In this document: piece by piece, positions 14,401 to 25,687 of the stretch | Layout: each line of letters starts with the position of its first letter | Numbering within the stretch: position 1 is the first letter of the stretch | The notes under the pieces: generated by a model | Told to the model about the DNA's origin: nothing | Seen by the model: the letters and a program-made list of their open reading frames with translations, nothing else | Database searches by the model: none | Assembly (NCBI GenBank): GCA_043228905.1 | Contig: JBHGNT010000007.1 | Span: forward strand, 6,386,001-6,450,000 | From: Azolla caroliniana | Taxonomy: Eukaryota > Plantae > Polypodiophyta | Direction of reading: 5' to 3' | DNA: 64,000 bases | Program-made: the position numbers and the translations under genes

Positions 14401-15952
14401 ATAACGTAGAACAAGACAACTCGGATATTGATGGACACGAGGAAACAATCGAGAGGGATTGTTTTTTTACACATTGAATAAAATGCGTACAATCGTTGAG
14501 TACAAAAGAAATGGAATGGCGAACCCAATCAATAAATAAAGAAGAGCTTTTATTATAAAACCAGGGATAACCCAGTATTACATCGGTGGTACTAAGATTC
14601 ATTACATGGAAGTCTACTTCCTCTATATAGGTATCAATAGAAATTCCTAAAGAATGAATCGCCCCGTTGATGTGTTGTACTCTTCCATCAGCCAAGTGCA
14701 CCGTGTAGGTGTGATCACTTACGGTGGGTTGGATTCCCCATATCTGTACCAAACGATCATTCACAAAATTGTGTGAGCTTCCCGAATCAAATAAAAATTG
14801 TACGGGAGATCCATTGATATACCCGTTTGCACGTAGTAAATCATTGGGACCCAATACATAATGAGGGAAAGAACATTGACAATTACTCAAATGATGTGTA
14901 TAGACCTGAAGGACATTAGGAATCTGACCTTTATGGTCTGTAGCTTTAGGTTTGGCGTCGTGCTCTTTTCGTTGGAGCTTACGACATTGCTCTTTTGTAT
15001 GACCCTTCTTTTTGCAGAATACGCAAAAAGGATGTTGTCGCTTATAATCGCGATCCATGAATTCGTTGGGTGTCTTGCGTTTCCCAACGAATTGCGACTG
15101 CTTAGTCCCGGGCGCTTCGTTGGGTTTGTTATGGTCCTTCTTCGAAGTGCGTTGATAGCGAAGAACTATCTCAACGGCCTCTTCGAAGGATTTTGGATCC
15201 TTATCGTGCACTATCCAGTGATAGTCCGAATTGGGGATGCCATTGACAAAACAAGCTATTAACCAATTGTCCCCTTCTAGACCCGATTTTTGGATTTGGG
15301 TTCTAGCATGGTGGACATAATCTTCTAGCGAGGAAAACTTCCTGCTAGAGAGGTTCATTAAAGCTTGTGCTGCCTCGGTTCGAGAGGGAGGTTGTAGAAA
15401 TTGACCCTTGAAAACTGTGACAAAGTCTGTCCAGGTCTCGGGCAATCTCCCCAAAGTTCGGAGCCCACGCCACCAAGCGGCGGCCTTACCCCCTAGTTCT
15501 CGGCCGACATATGCAATCTTCGTACTATCTGGCGTGGGATAGAGCTCAAAATGAGACTCCCATCGGCCCAGCCACGTGCAGATTGCTTCTTCGGTTCTTT
15601 CCTTTTTATCTCCCGTAAATGGCTTTACGACAAATGATGGTTCACCCTGACGCTCATCAGGTCTATTAATCTCATTTTGGAGACTAATGACTCGTGCCTC
15701 GAGAGCACTTTGAGATTGCCGAAATTCGGTCAACTGCTGCGCGGTTGAACTAAGGAAATGTTGTACTTGTAAAATATACGCCTCAATGGACATTGTCCCA
15801 GGAGGATTTCCTTGAGTTCTTTCCGCTTGAGCGGAGGGCATCGGGTCGTTATTCTGAGCCATTGAATGATTATTTCTGGCAAAGAAATAAGATAAGGTCA
15901 GACAAATAGTCATAACATCTTGTCGTGGTGTAAACATATCATGGGCAAACAT
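11429..15952 (-). CDS. Gag-Pol polyprotein (Gag, zinc knuckle, protease, RT, RNase H, integrase, chromodomain). Likely start MAQNNDPM near 15862
   Basis: [14 protein letters not shown] knuckle, LFDSGS protease, FLDDIL RT, ETDASD RNase H, HHCC plus SMDF/SDRD/QTE integrase, C-terminal PERILDV..FKIKW..ATWE chromodomain. The stop falls a few bases inside the 3' LTR. Confidence 0.96.
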   Translation of the reverse strand: MFAHDMFTPRQDVMTICLTLSYFFARNNHSMAQNNDPMPSAQAERTQGNPPGTMSIEAYILQVQHFLSSTAQQLTEFRQSQSALEARVISLQNEINRPDERQGEPSFVVKPFTGDKKERTEEAICTWLGRWESHFELYPTPDSTKIAYVGRELGGKAAAWWRGLRTLGRLPETWTDFVTVFKGQFLQPPSRTEAAQALMNLSSRKFSSLEDYVHHARTQIQKSGLEGDNWLIACFVNGIPNSDYHWIVHDKDPKSFEEAVEIVLRYQRTSKKDHNKPNEAPGTKQSQFVGKRKTPNEFMDRDYKRQHPFCVFCKKKGHTKEQCRKLQRKEHDAKPKATDHKGQIPNVLQVYTHHLSNCQCSFPHYVLGPNDLLRANGYINGSPVQFLFDSGSSHNFVNDRLVQIWGIQPTVSDHTYTVHLADGRVQHINGAIHSLGISIDTYIEEVDFHVMNLSTTDVILGYPWFYNKSSSLFIDWVRHSISFVLNDCTHFIQCVKKQSLSIVSSCPSISELSCSTLFYCVLDPDIHVYNIDNVSGQLTYFEQKQLDEIVNDFRDVFPSELPDGLPPKRNIDHRIDIVPGVAPISIPPYRLSRSEEDEVAKQLKDYLRMGYIRYSKSPWGAPVLLVKKKEGTWRMCINYRRLNKVTIKNSYPLPRADDLIDRLQGARYFTKLDLRTGYHQIRISEDDVPKTAFRTRYGHYEFLVMPFGLTNAPATFQQEMNDIFREQLGKFVVIFLDDILVYSRTLQEHARHVRFVLQILRDKQFYAKISKCEFFKKSITYLGHLITERGVEIDPSRIEKIKLWPTLRNIREVRSFLGFVGFLRKSLRNYSQLTTPFTDLLKGQTRKSTKPIVWNATLDLAFKELKDLVCKAPSLLLPDPSKPFEVETDASDYAIGAVLYQDGKPIAFESKKLDSAQCRYTVQEKELFAVIHALKTWRHYLYGNRFVVTTDHESLKYFCDQQDLKGRKARWADLIQDFDFSIRYRKGSMNTVADALSRTREVNMLSFTEITSDLYDHLRGKYPDDNYFAKYWARVESGTDTTAPSKEYFHIANGLLYRNGKVCVPDLPEVKKRILFECHDAPSAGHPGIHRTLVLISTQFYWPKMRPDIHSYVTKCHQCQVNKAERLKAAGLLHPLDIPNNKWESISMDFIVSLPRTQKGHDAIWVVVDRLTEMARFIATKTTVTAPELAYQFVDELFRFYGLPMDIVSDRDPTFTSDFWTQVFKKLETTLSMSSTDHPQSDGQTERVNQIIEDMLRAYVGAKPTKWERYLPILEFAYNSSKHTSTGYSPFMLMYGFQPRAPIDVNIHHDELRSTQNFLRDMQDMLHIARDNIKTAQDRARFYADHHRQPRVFSPGQKVFLRVPHNSKTLSTGKCAKLAPRFCGPFTVLKRIGSSAYRLALPDGVGIHPVFHVSRLKELLGSGDNTVTTETLVTSEDLSSKPHVPERILDVKTKKLRTKEIREFKIKWMDKSIKDATWERETTLTTNFPNFPLQECNVLKRGSMLRA

Positions 15953-17054
15953 TAATCGATATCATGATCTCACGTCAATACCCCTCTAGACGTATGAGAT
16001 GAGGTTCAAGATCAGGTTACTATGGTAACACAGAGGTGTTTTAAAAACCATGGGGGTGACAAATGAATGCCTTTCCCTGATCTCTATATCGATTTTTTTC
16101 ATGGCGGCTCCCCGAGGCTCAACCATGTATGTTCGCGTCATGAATAGTTTATACACGAAAAAAATGTTAACAATAACTATGTTTCTGTGCCCACATATGT
16201 GGTTTCGGCTCTTTAAGTCCTATTACGAGGACCCCGAAGTGCACTTAGACCTAAAGTCTAAACATGTATTATAGTCATATGTATCAACGATGTTGTATGG
16301 TGTTGGTCATATTTGAACTCGAGACCTCGAGGACAAATACATTAAACACTTGAGCCAACCAAGTAGATTGCGCGTCTTGAATGTTTAATGTTTGAGGCGT
16401 ATTCGAGATATCCGAGGCATTTGCCCCTATATGTTTTTGTTTAAAAGAAACATATAGGTCAAGTGGCCTTATTTCTCCCTCATTTATTACCCACTATGGT
16501 TGTACGCTACCTAACCTCAAGCCTCGTAATTACGATGGCATATGCGAAAGTGTAACCTAATGGTCAAGCCGAATGAGCCCTTGTGTCTTCGTAGGCTCAT
16601 GTGGCCCATCACATGGTCACGTCATTACGAATGCCACTCGTAAGAACGAGCTCATGGTGGCATCGTATCCATGTAACGAGGGGAGATGTTGGATACGTGT
16701 GTCATTAGAGCGACCCTACTTGATGTGGATCAAGCCCGACGTATTCAACATCATTTTGGCTATACGAGGTTCGTTACGTAACGAAATATCAAAGTGACCA
16801 ACGGGAATTTCAACAATAAAAATTGTTGATAAAAGGGATGGTGACAACGCCATTCTCACAAAAATGTGAGGACGGCCACCAAAATCCTCTCCCCAAATAG
16901 GAAAACATTTGATATGAATCACGTAATCTAAAATATACACATATGTCCATTTATCACATATATACGATCAGAGACGTATATAAGTGACCACATATGCGTA
17001 TACTAAATGAATCGTTTTTTTTATATAGCCAACAATGATGTATTCGGGATACGT

Positions 17055-17302
17055 AATCGAGGCATATACCTCTACGCACACGAAACATCCGAAAATAAGG
17101 TTAAGTGTAATTCGCAATTGAGGTATTGACCTCTTACGCATAGTAAATCCAACGCATATCATTTCGAACGAATCGAGGTATTGACCTCATACGCGAACGT
17201 AACATATGTTCGTGAACGTAATACGCAATTGAGGTAGTAACCTCGTACGCATACGACACTCATCACATATGATTTATATGTCAAACGAGGTATTGACCTC
17301 GT
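17055..17302. repeat. Array of five ~24-nt hairpin repeats (core GAGGT-N4/5-ACCTC) at a 55-61-bp period in the Gypsy leader
   Basis: Copies start at 17055, 17116, 17171, 17227 and 17283. Confidence 0.85.
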
Positions 17303-17562
17303 GGACATATGTAAACGTTTAAGATAACCAATTAAATACCACGTCAACATCATTGAATATATGAAAAAAAAACTACATATTAAGTATACACATGTATAGA
17401 AGGGAGAAGAAAAATTAGATAAAAAATTAAGGAAAATTTACCGAAGTTCTTTCGCTAATCCTTGTCTGCATGAAGGCGACCGCACAACGATCAATCGCCA
17501 TCCCACGCGAAGACAAAAAGAAAACCAAAAGAAACGTTAGTACCATGAGCTCTGATACCAAA

Positions 17563-18027
17563 TATTAGAGATTAGGTACTAAAGTAAGCATAAAATAAGG
17601 ATATCTCAATGATAGATCTAGAAAGAATAGAGAGAAAAGAGAGAAAGAAGGGTGCCGATCCACCCGACCACCCCCGAGCGAAGGGATCGAGACGGACTCG
17701 AGCCTCGATCGGCGTCCCATACCACCGCCTTGGCGTCGAGTCGTACCTGGACGATAGCGCGCTTGCTACAAGAGTCGTTCCACTCACGGACAGAGTCTCG
17801 ACGTAGTCAATGCATGATAAAATGAGGGTAGCTAGGCCTCTTATTTATAGTAATTCTCAAGGCCCCCAGCCATGTTCACACTTGGCCTCATGGGTTGTCT
17901 CAATCCCGAGGATTAAAAGTAATCCTCCCCTTCTTTAGACTCTTTGTTTAACCCTCACACTTATCCACGTGTATAGAATACTACGACAATTCTCACCACG
18001 GGATATTATATGGTCATGCCCGTAACA
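17563..18027 (-). repeat. 5' LTR of the Gypsy element
   Basis: On the minus strand it is followed by TT and then TGGTATCAGAGC (PBS). Confidence 0.95.
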
Positions 18028-18559
18028 ACATGTATCATACAAGGAATGCATATGCATGTTGAAGTCTCCTATCATATGGGATGTACATAGGAATCATGTC
18101 TAAGTAATCACATGGAGTTGACCCTCCTACAAAATGTAGTGGGCTTAGGAATCATGTCAATAAATAACATAGAGTTGAGGGTATGACTCATGTAGAGGTC
18201 AATTATATGGATTCTCTTTAATGTATCAATTCAACTAATTGTGTCCTCTCACACAATCTTGTTAATGATTCATCACCAAGATCTTGTATCTTTGGAGGGA
18301 TCATGCAAGTTGAAAGCCAACACTTCTTTGGCACACAATATACATATGTACACATGTCATATTGGTTTCTCACAAGCTCAAGCATACACATAAAGTATAG
18401 GAAGACATAGCTCATTTTGTAAGTGATGATTAGGGATGTTGATTTGGTACAAATTGGTCCCGAAAGAGATGTATGCACTAGTGATACATTGATAAGAGCT
18501 AAAATGTTTGGAGGCCTTTGGGTAGATGGACATGGACATGCAAGGATAATATGTATTAC

Positions 18560-21440
18560 CATGAGAGCATAGATAATTACATAAAATTATGTAAGCATGA
18601 TGATTATAAATGACACCTATGGATAAAGATTAATTTGGTCAAAGAGAATATTTACATGGTTGCATGCAACATTCTTCATAAAGAGTCAAACTACTATGGT
18701 AGATTTGGGTTGGAACGTGATAATCCTTTCACGGGCTTTTGTCAAGATATACTTGTTTTTAAGAAGCTTGGCAAAGTGATCATGGGAGACTTTAATGCTA
18801 GAGTTGGAAAATACCAAAATATGGATATATTGGAAGAAAATATAGTGGATCCTTGTCTATTACATGACTCAAAAGGATTGCATTGTGATAGATCATGAAA
18901 GAATTTCTTATACATATGCTTGATTGCACAAGCTTGATTGTCTTGAATGGAATAAATGTGTTTCCTTTGACAAATGTACTCACATCTTTACCAACCTCAT
19001 GTGGAGGAAGCGTGGTAGATTATGTTACATGTATCAATGCAAGCATGTGATCTATCCATGATGAATGCATTTAAGATTGTTCCTCTATCCCATGACTCAA
19101 ATCATAAGCCCTTGTACTTGGACCTTACACTCTCACACTCCATCAACAAATGTAGTAAAATGAAAGAGGAAAGAAGATACATCATTCAACCTTGTTACAA
19201 TAAAGCTAGGATACATGCAAAAGAAGTTGAAAACCATAATTCAAAATTCTCTTTAAGTAATGATGTTAAAAAAATTGTAAGATTTTGAAAGTTGTCATTC
19301 TTGAATTAGGATATTAATATTTTCAAATGCATGTTGATGAACATAAATGTAATTCTTGGTTTGAAACTTTGATGGGGAATGTAAGATTATAGATATATCT
19401 CAAACTATATAAGTTTGCGAAAAGGGAAAGTGAACGGGTCATGGCATGACAACAATATAGAAAAGGTAGTGAGGAGAAAGAAAAGATTCTTTAAACTGTA
19501 CTTATATATGCACGAGGGAGTGACTCCTATGGTTGAGAACATTGAAAAACCTTGTATTACATACATTGATCTTGAAATGTCAATAAGGGAACAAAAAATA
19601 TGGTTAATGGGAAAACAACTATAGGCAAATTATTCTAGAACAAGCACACAACAAGATTGCAACAAGGAAATTTTGGATACAAGAGGGCATTAGTGAAATG
19701 AGACTAGATAAATTCTGGAAAATGATATGGCATGACAGATATGACCGCAAGATAATGATGTGTTTATGGCTTATTGCACATAGAGCCTTGCCGGTAGGGA
19801 CGTGGGGTAAAGTCCCCAACGTAGACCCTAGATGTATTGCATGTGGACAGATAGAAAGCATTTCCCATTGTCTATGGAAATGTCACGAGGTAGTGGCTAT
19901 ATGGGGAAGGGCACTACGTTTGCTTTGCCATGCCTCTAGTTAGTTCACCCTCAAACGGGGACATGCTTGCTAGATTTGTCTTGAGGATGATGTGGCGAAA
20001 TACGATAGCACATGTGATGCTAAGTACAGAGGGGAGAATGACATTGTGCGGCTGATCACTGACAACATGGTACCTGCAACTTGTGCACAGAATCAAAAAC
20101 TTGGAGATCTTTGGATGTTGCTTGCCCCCATTACTATATGGTATATATGGACAACAAGGTGTACCAGGGTATTTTCAGCACACAAACGCCCTCCAACTGA
20201 ATCAATTAAGCTAAATTGGCACGCACTAATAACTACACTAATAGCTCAATATGAGCGGATTGATGGTACTAATGATGCTACAAAACTAATGAGGCTGAAT
20301 TTTTGAAAGCGATGGTGTACTACATCGATGGCCGCAACAAATGGAATGGATATACTATGGAAATATGAAGTACCCAAATGGTTGTTCCCCACTCCCATTA
20401 GATGATCGAGGGGCGTGAAAGACATGGCATGTGGGACAGTGAATGTAGGTGATGTGCATGAAAGGATGGCTAGAGCCATATGTGAAAGTGTAAGATAAAT
20501 AAGCGAGATCTCTTTGTAGGATAGGATAGTCTTGGCTCGGCCTACCTAAGAAAGGGATCGAGTTTGTGTATATTTTAACTAAAGGAGTATATTCTTTTTT
20601 GGTAAAACTATTGTAACACCCATTACATATGAGCTCTTAAAATGGACAATGTCAAGTACTTGTCATTCGATCATAGCTTTTGTAGATCAAGTTATTAAAC
20701 ATGGTATGTCGAATGACTGACTCATGAATTGGATTAAGCAAATTTGTAAAATAGAAAATAAGATCAAGTATCAAATTATTGGACAATTATGGCGAGCTTA
20801 GTTAATACTAAATTGTATAACATGATCATGCAACAAATGGCAAGCATATGGGCTAAAAGTCAAAACAAATGAGCACTTGAACAAGTAGGTTTTAGACCAA
20901 AACACCCCGTGGAGGATAATCTAGTTACATTAACAGTAATTATGGAAGAAAGTAGACTACAAGGAAACACAATCTATTGTTGCTTCATTGATTTTGAAAA
21001 AACATTTGATACAATACCATGGAGTGAGTTTTGTAATAGAATGGTGGAAATTGGCATGCCATTAGAGTATTGAGTTGCTATTGCACGATTATATGAGTAA
21101 GTTAGATGCCAACTAAAAACAAAGAATGGTTTCTCAAGATACTTTTTAAGTAATATGAGGATACACAAGAATGTCCATTATCACCTACACTCTTAGGTTT
21201 ATGCATTGATAAATTGGAAGAATTGGTGAATAGGGTTGCAAGAGAAGAATGATTAGATGCTCCAAAAATCATGCAACTAATTATCTCATTACTTTTCTAT
21301 GCGAATAACATGGTTAACTTTTCATATGATGTTGCTAAAGTAGTGGACTAGTTGTAAATGTGGATTAAACAAAAATGATAGTAATGTGAACCATCTAGCC
21401 TCACTGATATCGTATGCTTAATATAAGGGAGAAAATATAC
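18560..21440 (+). mobile_element. Degenerate LINE (AP endonuclease and RT remnants) interrupted by a second LINE fragment
   Basis: VIMGDFNARVG and SNHKPL endonuclease motifs (18635-19150); FIDFEKTFDTIPW and CPLSPTLLGLCIDKL RT remnants (~20980-21320); many stops. Confidence 0.75.
19480..20410 (+). mobile_element. L1-like LINE C-terminal (zf-RVT) fragment
   Basis: FWKMIW..KIMMCLWLIAHRALPVG..CIACGQIESISHCLWKC and PITIWYIWTTRCTRVF. Homologous to 57885-58256. Confidence 0.75.
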
Positions 21441-22358
21441 AATATGTGCATCATAAGCTCTTCTCTCCAAATCTAATTGCACCACAATCAAATCTTGATG
21501 AGGGGGTCATGCATAATCCATGGCCATTTGAGCATTCAACACACCATGCAATATATTCCCACCTCCAATGAAATCATATCAACTTTGGCAATTATTTGCC
21601 AAGACCTTTGTAAATATCTTATACATACCCCCGGTCTCTCTCTCTCTTTGGTGAAAACACACAATTATATTATTAAATGTGTGTGAAAAAAACTACTTAC
21701 AATGGGTGTCACAATGTAGTGAGTATGGTCACCCACTAACTGCATTAGTACTCCTTTCAACTTTCGTAGATATGCTTTGACTCCATGGGCACTATGAAGT
21801 CAAATTTTGTTCGTAAGAAAAGATTGTTGCAAATACGTTGGATGCTAAGATGTCTAAGAATAAAGCATCATAACAATCAACGAAGGAAGGAACTTGAAGA
21901 GATAAAGTTAGAGGCACTTTTCAAAAGTGTTAAAAAGTAGAAAAAAACGAGGCGAGGATATGAAGATTTAGATAGATAAAAATGTTCATAACTTCTTCAT
22001 CCAATATCCAAATTTCGAAAGAAAATATGGATAAAAAAATGGCAGGGAGAGGTTTCCAACATATATTGTATGACAAATTTGGGATTATAGAGGTGAAACA
22101 ATGGTATAAAAAACACCTCACATAGAGTCAAGTATATTTTTGAAAAAAGAAGCAAGAATAACATAACAAAAAACCTATAAATAGGAGGGTATTCTTGGCC
22201 ATAGGGATGTGAGTGAGGAAGAATAGATGGTCTACAAGAAGTGAGAAGAGTCTTGGTAGGATGGAAGAAGGAAAATCTATTTTTTGTATAGAGTCATATT
22301 TGAAGCAAAAAAAAGTTCTACGTAGTTGAGTTTTGAGTTGGAGTCTAAGAAGCTTGTA

Positions 22359-22900
22359 TTATGTGAATTGTGCAAATACCCAATGTCTTGTTGTCAAATA
22401 ACACCATGATAAAACTTGACAATTTTGAGAAACGTAACTCCAAATCAAAAAAGCAATTGGACATTGTATGGAATGATAAGTACTATCTTCCATTTGAATA
22501 GTGCAAAAAAAACAATTGCATGTTGCTAGTCTACATTGCTCTAGAGCTAATCCCAAAGGCAAACACTCAATCAAATCTCTCCAAATGAAGGCCTTTGTTA
22601 TAAGTGGCAATTTAGAATGCGAGCTACGTTTTAAGATCTTCCATAACCCATGATTAGAGTTATGCATTTTCCTTTCTTGTTCAACCTTAGATGATAGCTA
22701 ATGAAGAGACTCAAGGGAGCAACAATATTATATATTTGTAGTCACTTGTAAAAACATCATTTAACCCTGTAAACACCAATGAATCGACAATTGTTGTTCT
22801 AGTTGTAAATGTAAAAGAACTTGCATCAATGCAATATTTTGTAGTTGTTGCCATATAAACCAATAATTGGGTGGGATGTGTAATGATTGTTGCGCTTCAA
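22359..22900 (-). mobile_element. L1-like LINE zf-RVT relic
   Basis: LWKILKRS..KAFIWR..CLPLG..CFFC..EDSTYH..QCP..IW pattern. Confidence 0.6.
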
Positions 22901-23368
22901 CAAACACAAAATTCTTTGAGATGGAGCATCAACTACAATCTCTAGGTTTTTTGACCCCCAAACGAAACAATCGAATAAACTTAGAATGCCTTTCTAGGCC
23001 AACATAATAACTAAGAAGTCATAAGTAACTCTTTTTTGCAAAGAATTACAATGCTTTCTATGATATAATGGTTTCCATACAAACAATGACAACGCATTTT
23101 TATAATGAAACCAAGAAATTTCCTAAATGAAATACATCCATCTAGTAATTGTCACAAAAAAACCTTAATCGTTGTCCTCTCATGTGTTAAACCCTTGTTC
23201 TCAATGAAATATTGAATAATAGATATTCATGGTTGTGAGTTTGAATGCACGTCTTTTGTAATATTCACAAAAATCTATTTGTTTTCTTTTTATTATAATT
23301 ACCTTACCTCCTCGTGGGCAAGTTATTATATTACTAGTTCAAAACCAAATTTTCTCACCTCCTCTATT

Positions 23369-24404
23369 ACTACCTCCCCTTAAGTACAACCATGGGATTG
23401 ATCAAACTCTAATCTCTCATGAAGACTGTAATAAAGTGATATGCCAAGAAATATGGCAAATTTACACTCGATATAAATGGATCACCCCACAAGAGCCACT
23501 CCCATCTAAAATGTTGTACTATAAGGAACACTTCTTGCACTTCTCTAAGTTAGGTTTTATTACACGACCAAGATATCTAGATACATTCTTATCAAATGCA
23601 TTAAGGGTGGTCATTGGACAACTTAGGATATCATCTCACCAACTTGAGATTGAGAATGATCGAGCTAATAAAGTCCCTAGAGAGGAAAGACTATGTAGGT
23701 TATGCCACATAGAGATAGAGGATGAGTATCACTTCGCATGCAAGTGCCCAACTTATGCTGAGATACGGGTGGAATACCAAGACATATTAGGACCTTCTCC
23801 CACCCTCTCCAAACTATTAGATACCCTGAGTGTAAAAAGACTAGGTAGATATATCTTAGAGCTAAAACAACATAGGGAGAATAAATTACAAAGTGTTAAT
23901 CATAACCCTTTTATTATTCATTAACATGTAACTAGTGTAATTTTTCAGGAACAAGGGGAGACGATGAATGTGGACACACTTATGCCGCTCGGCCTCTCCC
24001 TTGAGGAAGCATAAATACAAAGAACAACCAAACGCCCTCGGATGTTGGGCTTCAAAACAAGTCGACGTGGAGTAGAAAAGACTAAGAAGATACGGGAACG
24101 TGAGCTACGACGACTAGAAGCTCTGGTTGGGCTACCTTTTACATTGGGACCACGGGCCACATCCACATCGTAACCCTTTGACGTCTCACTTCTCTTCGAG
24201 AGACTTGGATGGAAATGAAATTAGGCCTAATATAACATCTTTTCATTGTAGAACATGTTTTCTTTTTAGAACTATTTTTTATCTTATTTTGATTTTTTTA
24301 CTTTTAATGAATGGGTAAATATCCCATTTTTTGTAAACCATTTGTCTCATGGGCCAAATTTGGCCTTAGAAGATGTTAATATATCTTTCTTTCTTTCTTT
24401 CTTT
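23369..24404 (+). mobile_element. 5'-truncated RTE/RTEX-like LINE 3' end with a (TTTC)n tail
   Basis: QLRISSHQLEIE..REERLCRLCHIEIEDEYHFACKCPTY C-terminal zinc motif. The tail catgggccaaatttggccttagaaga..(tttc)n recurs at ~25066 and ~49660. Confidence 0.75.
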
Positions 24405-24522
24405 ACACATATCTCTTTGTTTTCTTTTCATTATAATTACCTTACCTCGTAGTGGGTAAGTTATTATATTACTAGTTCAAAACCAAATTTTCTCACATCT
24501 CTATTAATTCAATAGATGCCAC

Positions 24523-24952
24523 TAGCAATGGGCACGGTTTTGGCTCAAACCGAACCGAATTTTTTTAATGGTTTGGATTCTCGATAAACGGTTCAGTTCG
24601 ATTCTAAAACTTGGGTTTATAGGTTTTTGGTTAACTTTTTTCTTTTTACCTCAATAGTTTATTGATGTAATGGTTTAATTAATGGTTTTTTATTGATTTA
24701 ATACATTTAACTTAAATGCTTATTTAATTTAATGTATTTTTGTTTCTTTAGATGTTTAACTAATTTGACTGAAGTGCTTAGGTTTAAATTTTTTATTGAA
24801 TGGTTCGGTTTGGTTTCAACTTTTCCCTAAACGGTTTGGTTTTAACTTTTTCTTAAATGGTTTGGTTTAAATACTCAAAGTTCATAAACGGTTTGGTTTG
24901 GTTTGGTTTCTTTGCCTTGAAACCGAACTGAACCGAACCGTGCCCATTACTA
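24523..24952. mobile_element. hAT-type MITE (430 bp)
   Basis: TIRs TAGCAATGGGCACGGTT / AACCGTGCCCATTACTA; 8-bp TSD GATGCCAC (24515-24522, 24953-24960); subterminal AACCG/CGGTT repeats. Confidence 0.92.
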
Positions 24953-25405
24953 GATGCCACCGTGGAATGTATGGAGGTTGAACCCCATCACATCCTACTC
25001 TCTATTGGACACCGTTACCAATTGAGCTAAGATTTATGTGGGCAAATCTCTCTCTCTCTCTCTCTCATGGGCCAATTTTGGCCTTAGAAGAGTTAATACA
25101 TATATCTTTCTTTCTTTTTTCTTTCTCTCTCTTATTGTAATTAGCTTACCCTAGTGGTACATTGTTATACTAAAAGCACTCTGCATCTTGGGTTCAAAAC
25201 CCAATTTCCTCGCCTCTCTATTATATACTTCATATATATCTCTTAATTCATTAGATGCCACTTTGGACCCATGACTTCTTGGTCTCCATCGAGCAACCTT
25301 ACCAATCTCTCTCTCTCTCTTTATCTCTTAATTCACTAGATGCCAGTTTGGAATGTAGGGTTTGAACCCATGACCTCTTGGTCTCAATTGGGCAACCTTA
25401 CCAAT
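24953..25405 (-). mobile_element. Three tRNA-derived SINE-like segments (24953-25030, 25252-25306, 25337-25405)
   Basis: The minus strand reads TAGCTCAATTGG (A box)...GGGGTTCAACCTC (B box) and ATTGGTAAGG..AGGTCATGGGTTCAAACCC, all ending TGGCATCTA. No intact cloverleaf. Confidence 0.6.
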
Positions 25406-25687
25406 ATCTCTCTCTCGCTCTATATCTATGTATTATGTATGTAAATACATACAAGAGCAAAGAAATTGCTAGCAGTAGCAATACAGAAAATACACACACT
25501 GAAAGGCATTTGGAGACAGAAACAGAGACAGACACAGAAACAGAAACAGAGACAGACAGAAAGAGGCTCTCTGAGCTATAGAAAGACGACGACGTCGAAG
25601 ATTCAATCCTGATATCTTAACAGAGAGAGAAGAGATCGCATGGTGGAACCCCTCATTCTTCCTTCCCTATATCCTTAGACGAAAACT

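Larger units (their letters stand above)
10978..18027 (-). mobile_element. Full-length, very young Ty3/Gypsy chromovirus-type LTR retrotransposon
   Basis: 465-bp LTRs at 10978-11442 and 17563-18027, apparently identical by eye; TSD ACATG; tRNA-iMet PBS (~17548-17560); PPT (~11443-11460); single gag-pol ORF. Confidence 0.97.

Noticed and set aside
17055-17302. True CRISPR array
   Set aside because: Eukaryotic retrotransposon context, no cas genes, degenerate repeats and mutually related spacers. Kept only as a hairpin array.
15953-17560. Hammerhead ribozyme (retrozyme-like) or extra ORF in the Gypsy leader
   Set aside because: No CUGANGA/GAAA core in the right arrangement was seen on either strand, and the ORFs are under 75 aa with no motifs.
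24953-25405. Functional tRNA genes
   Set aside because: A/B boxes are present but there is no paired acceptor or anticodon stem; treated as SINE-like.
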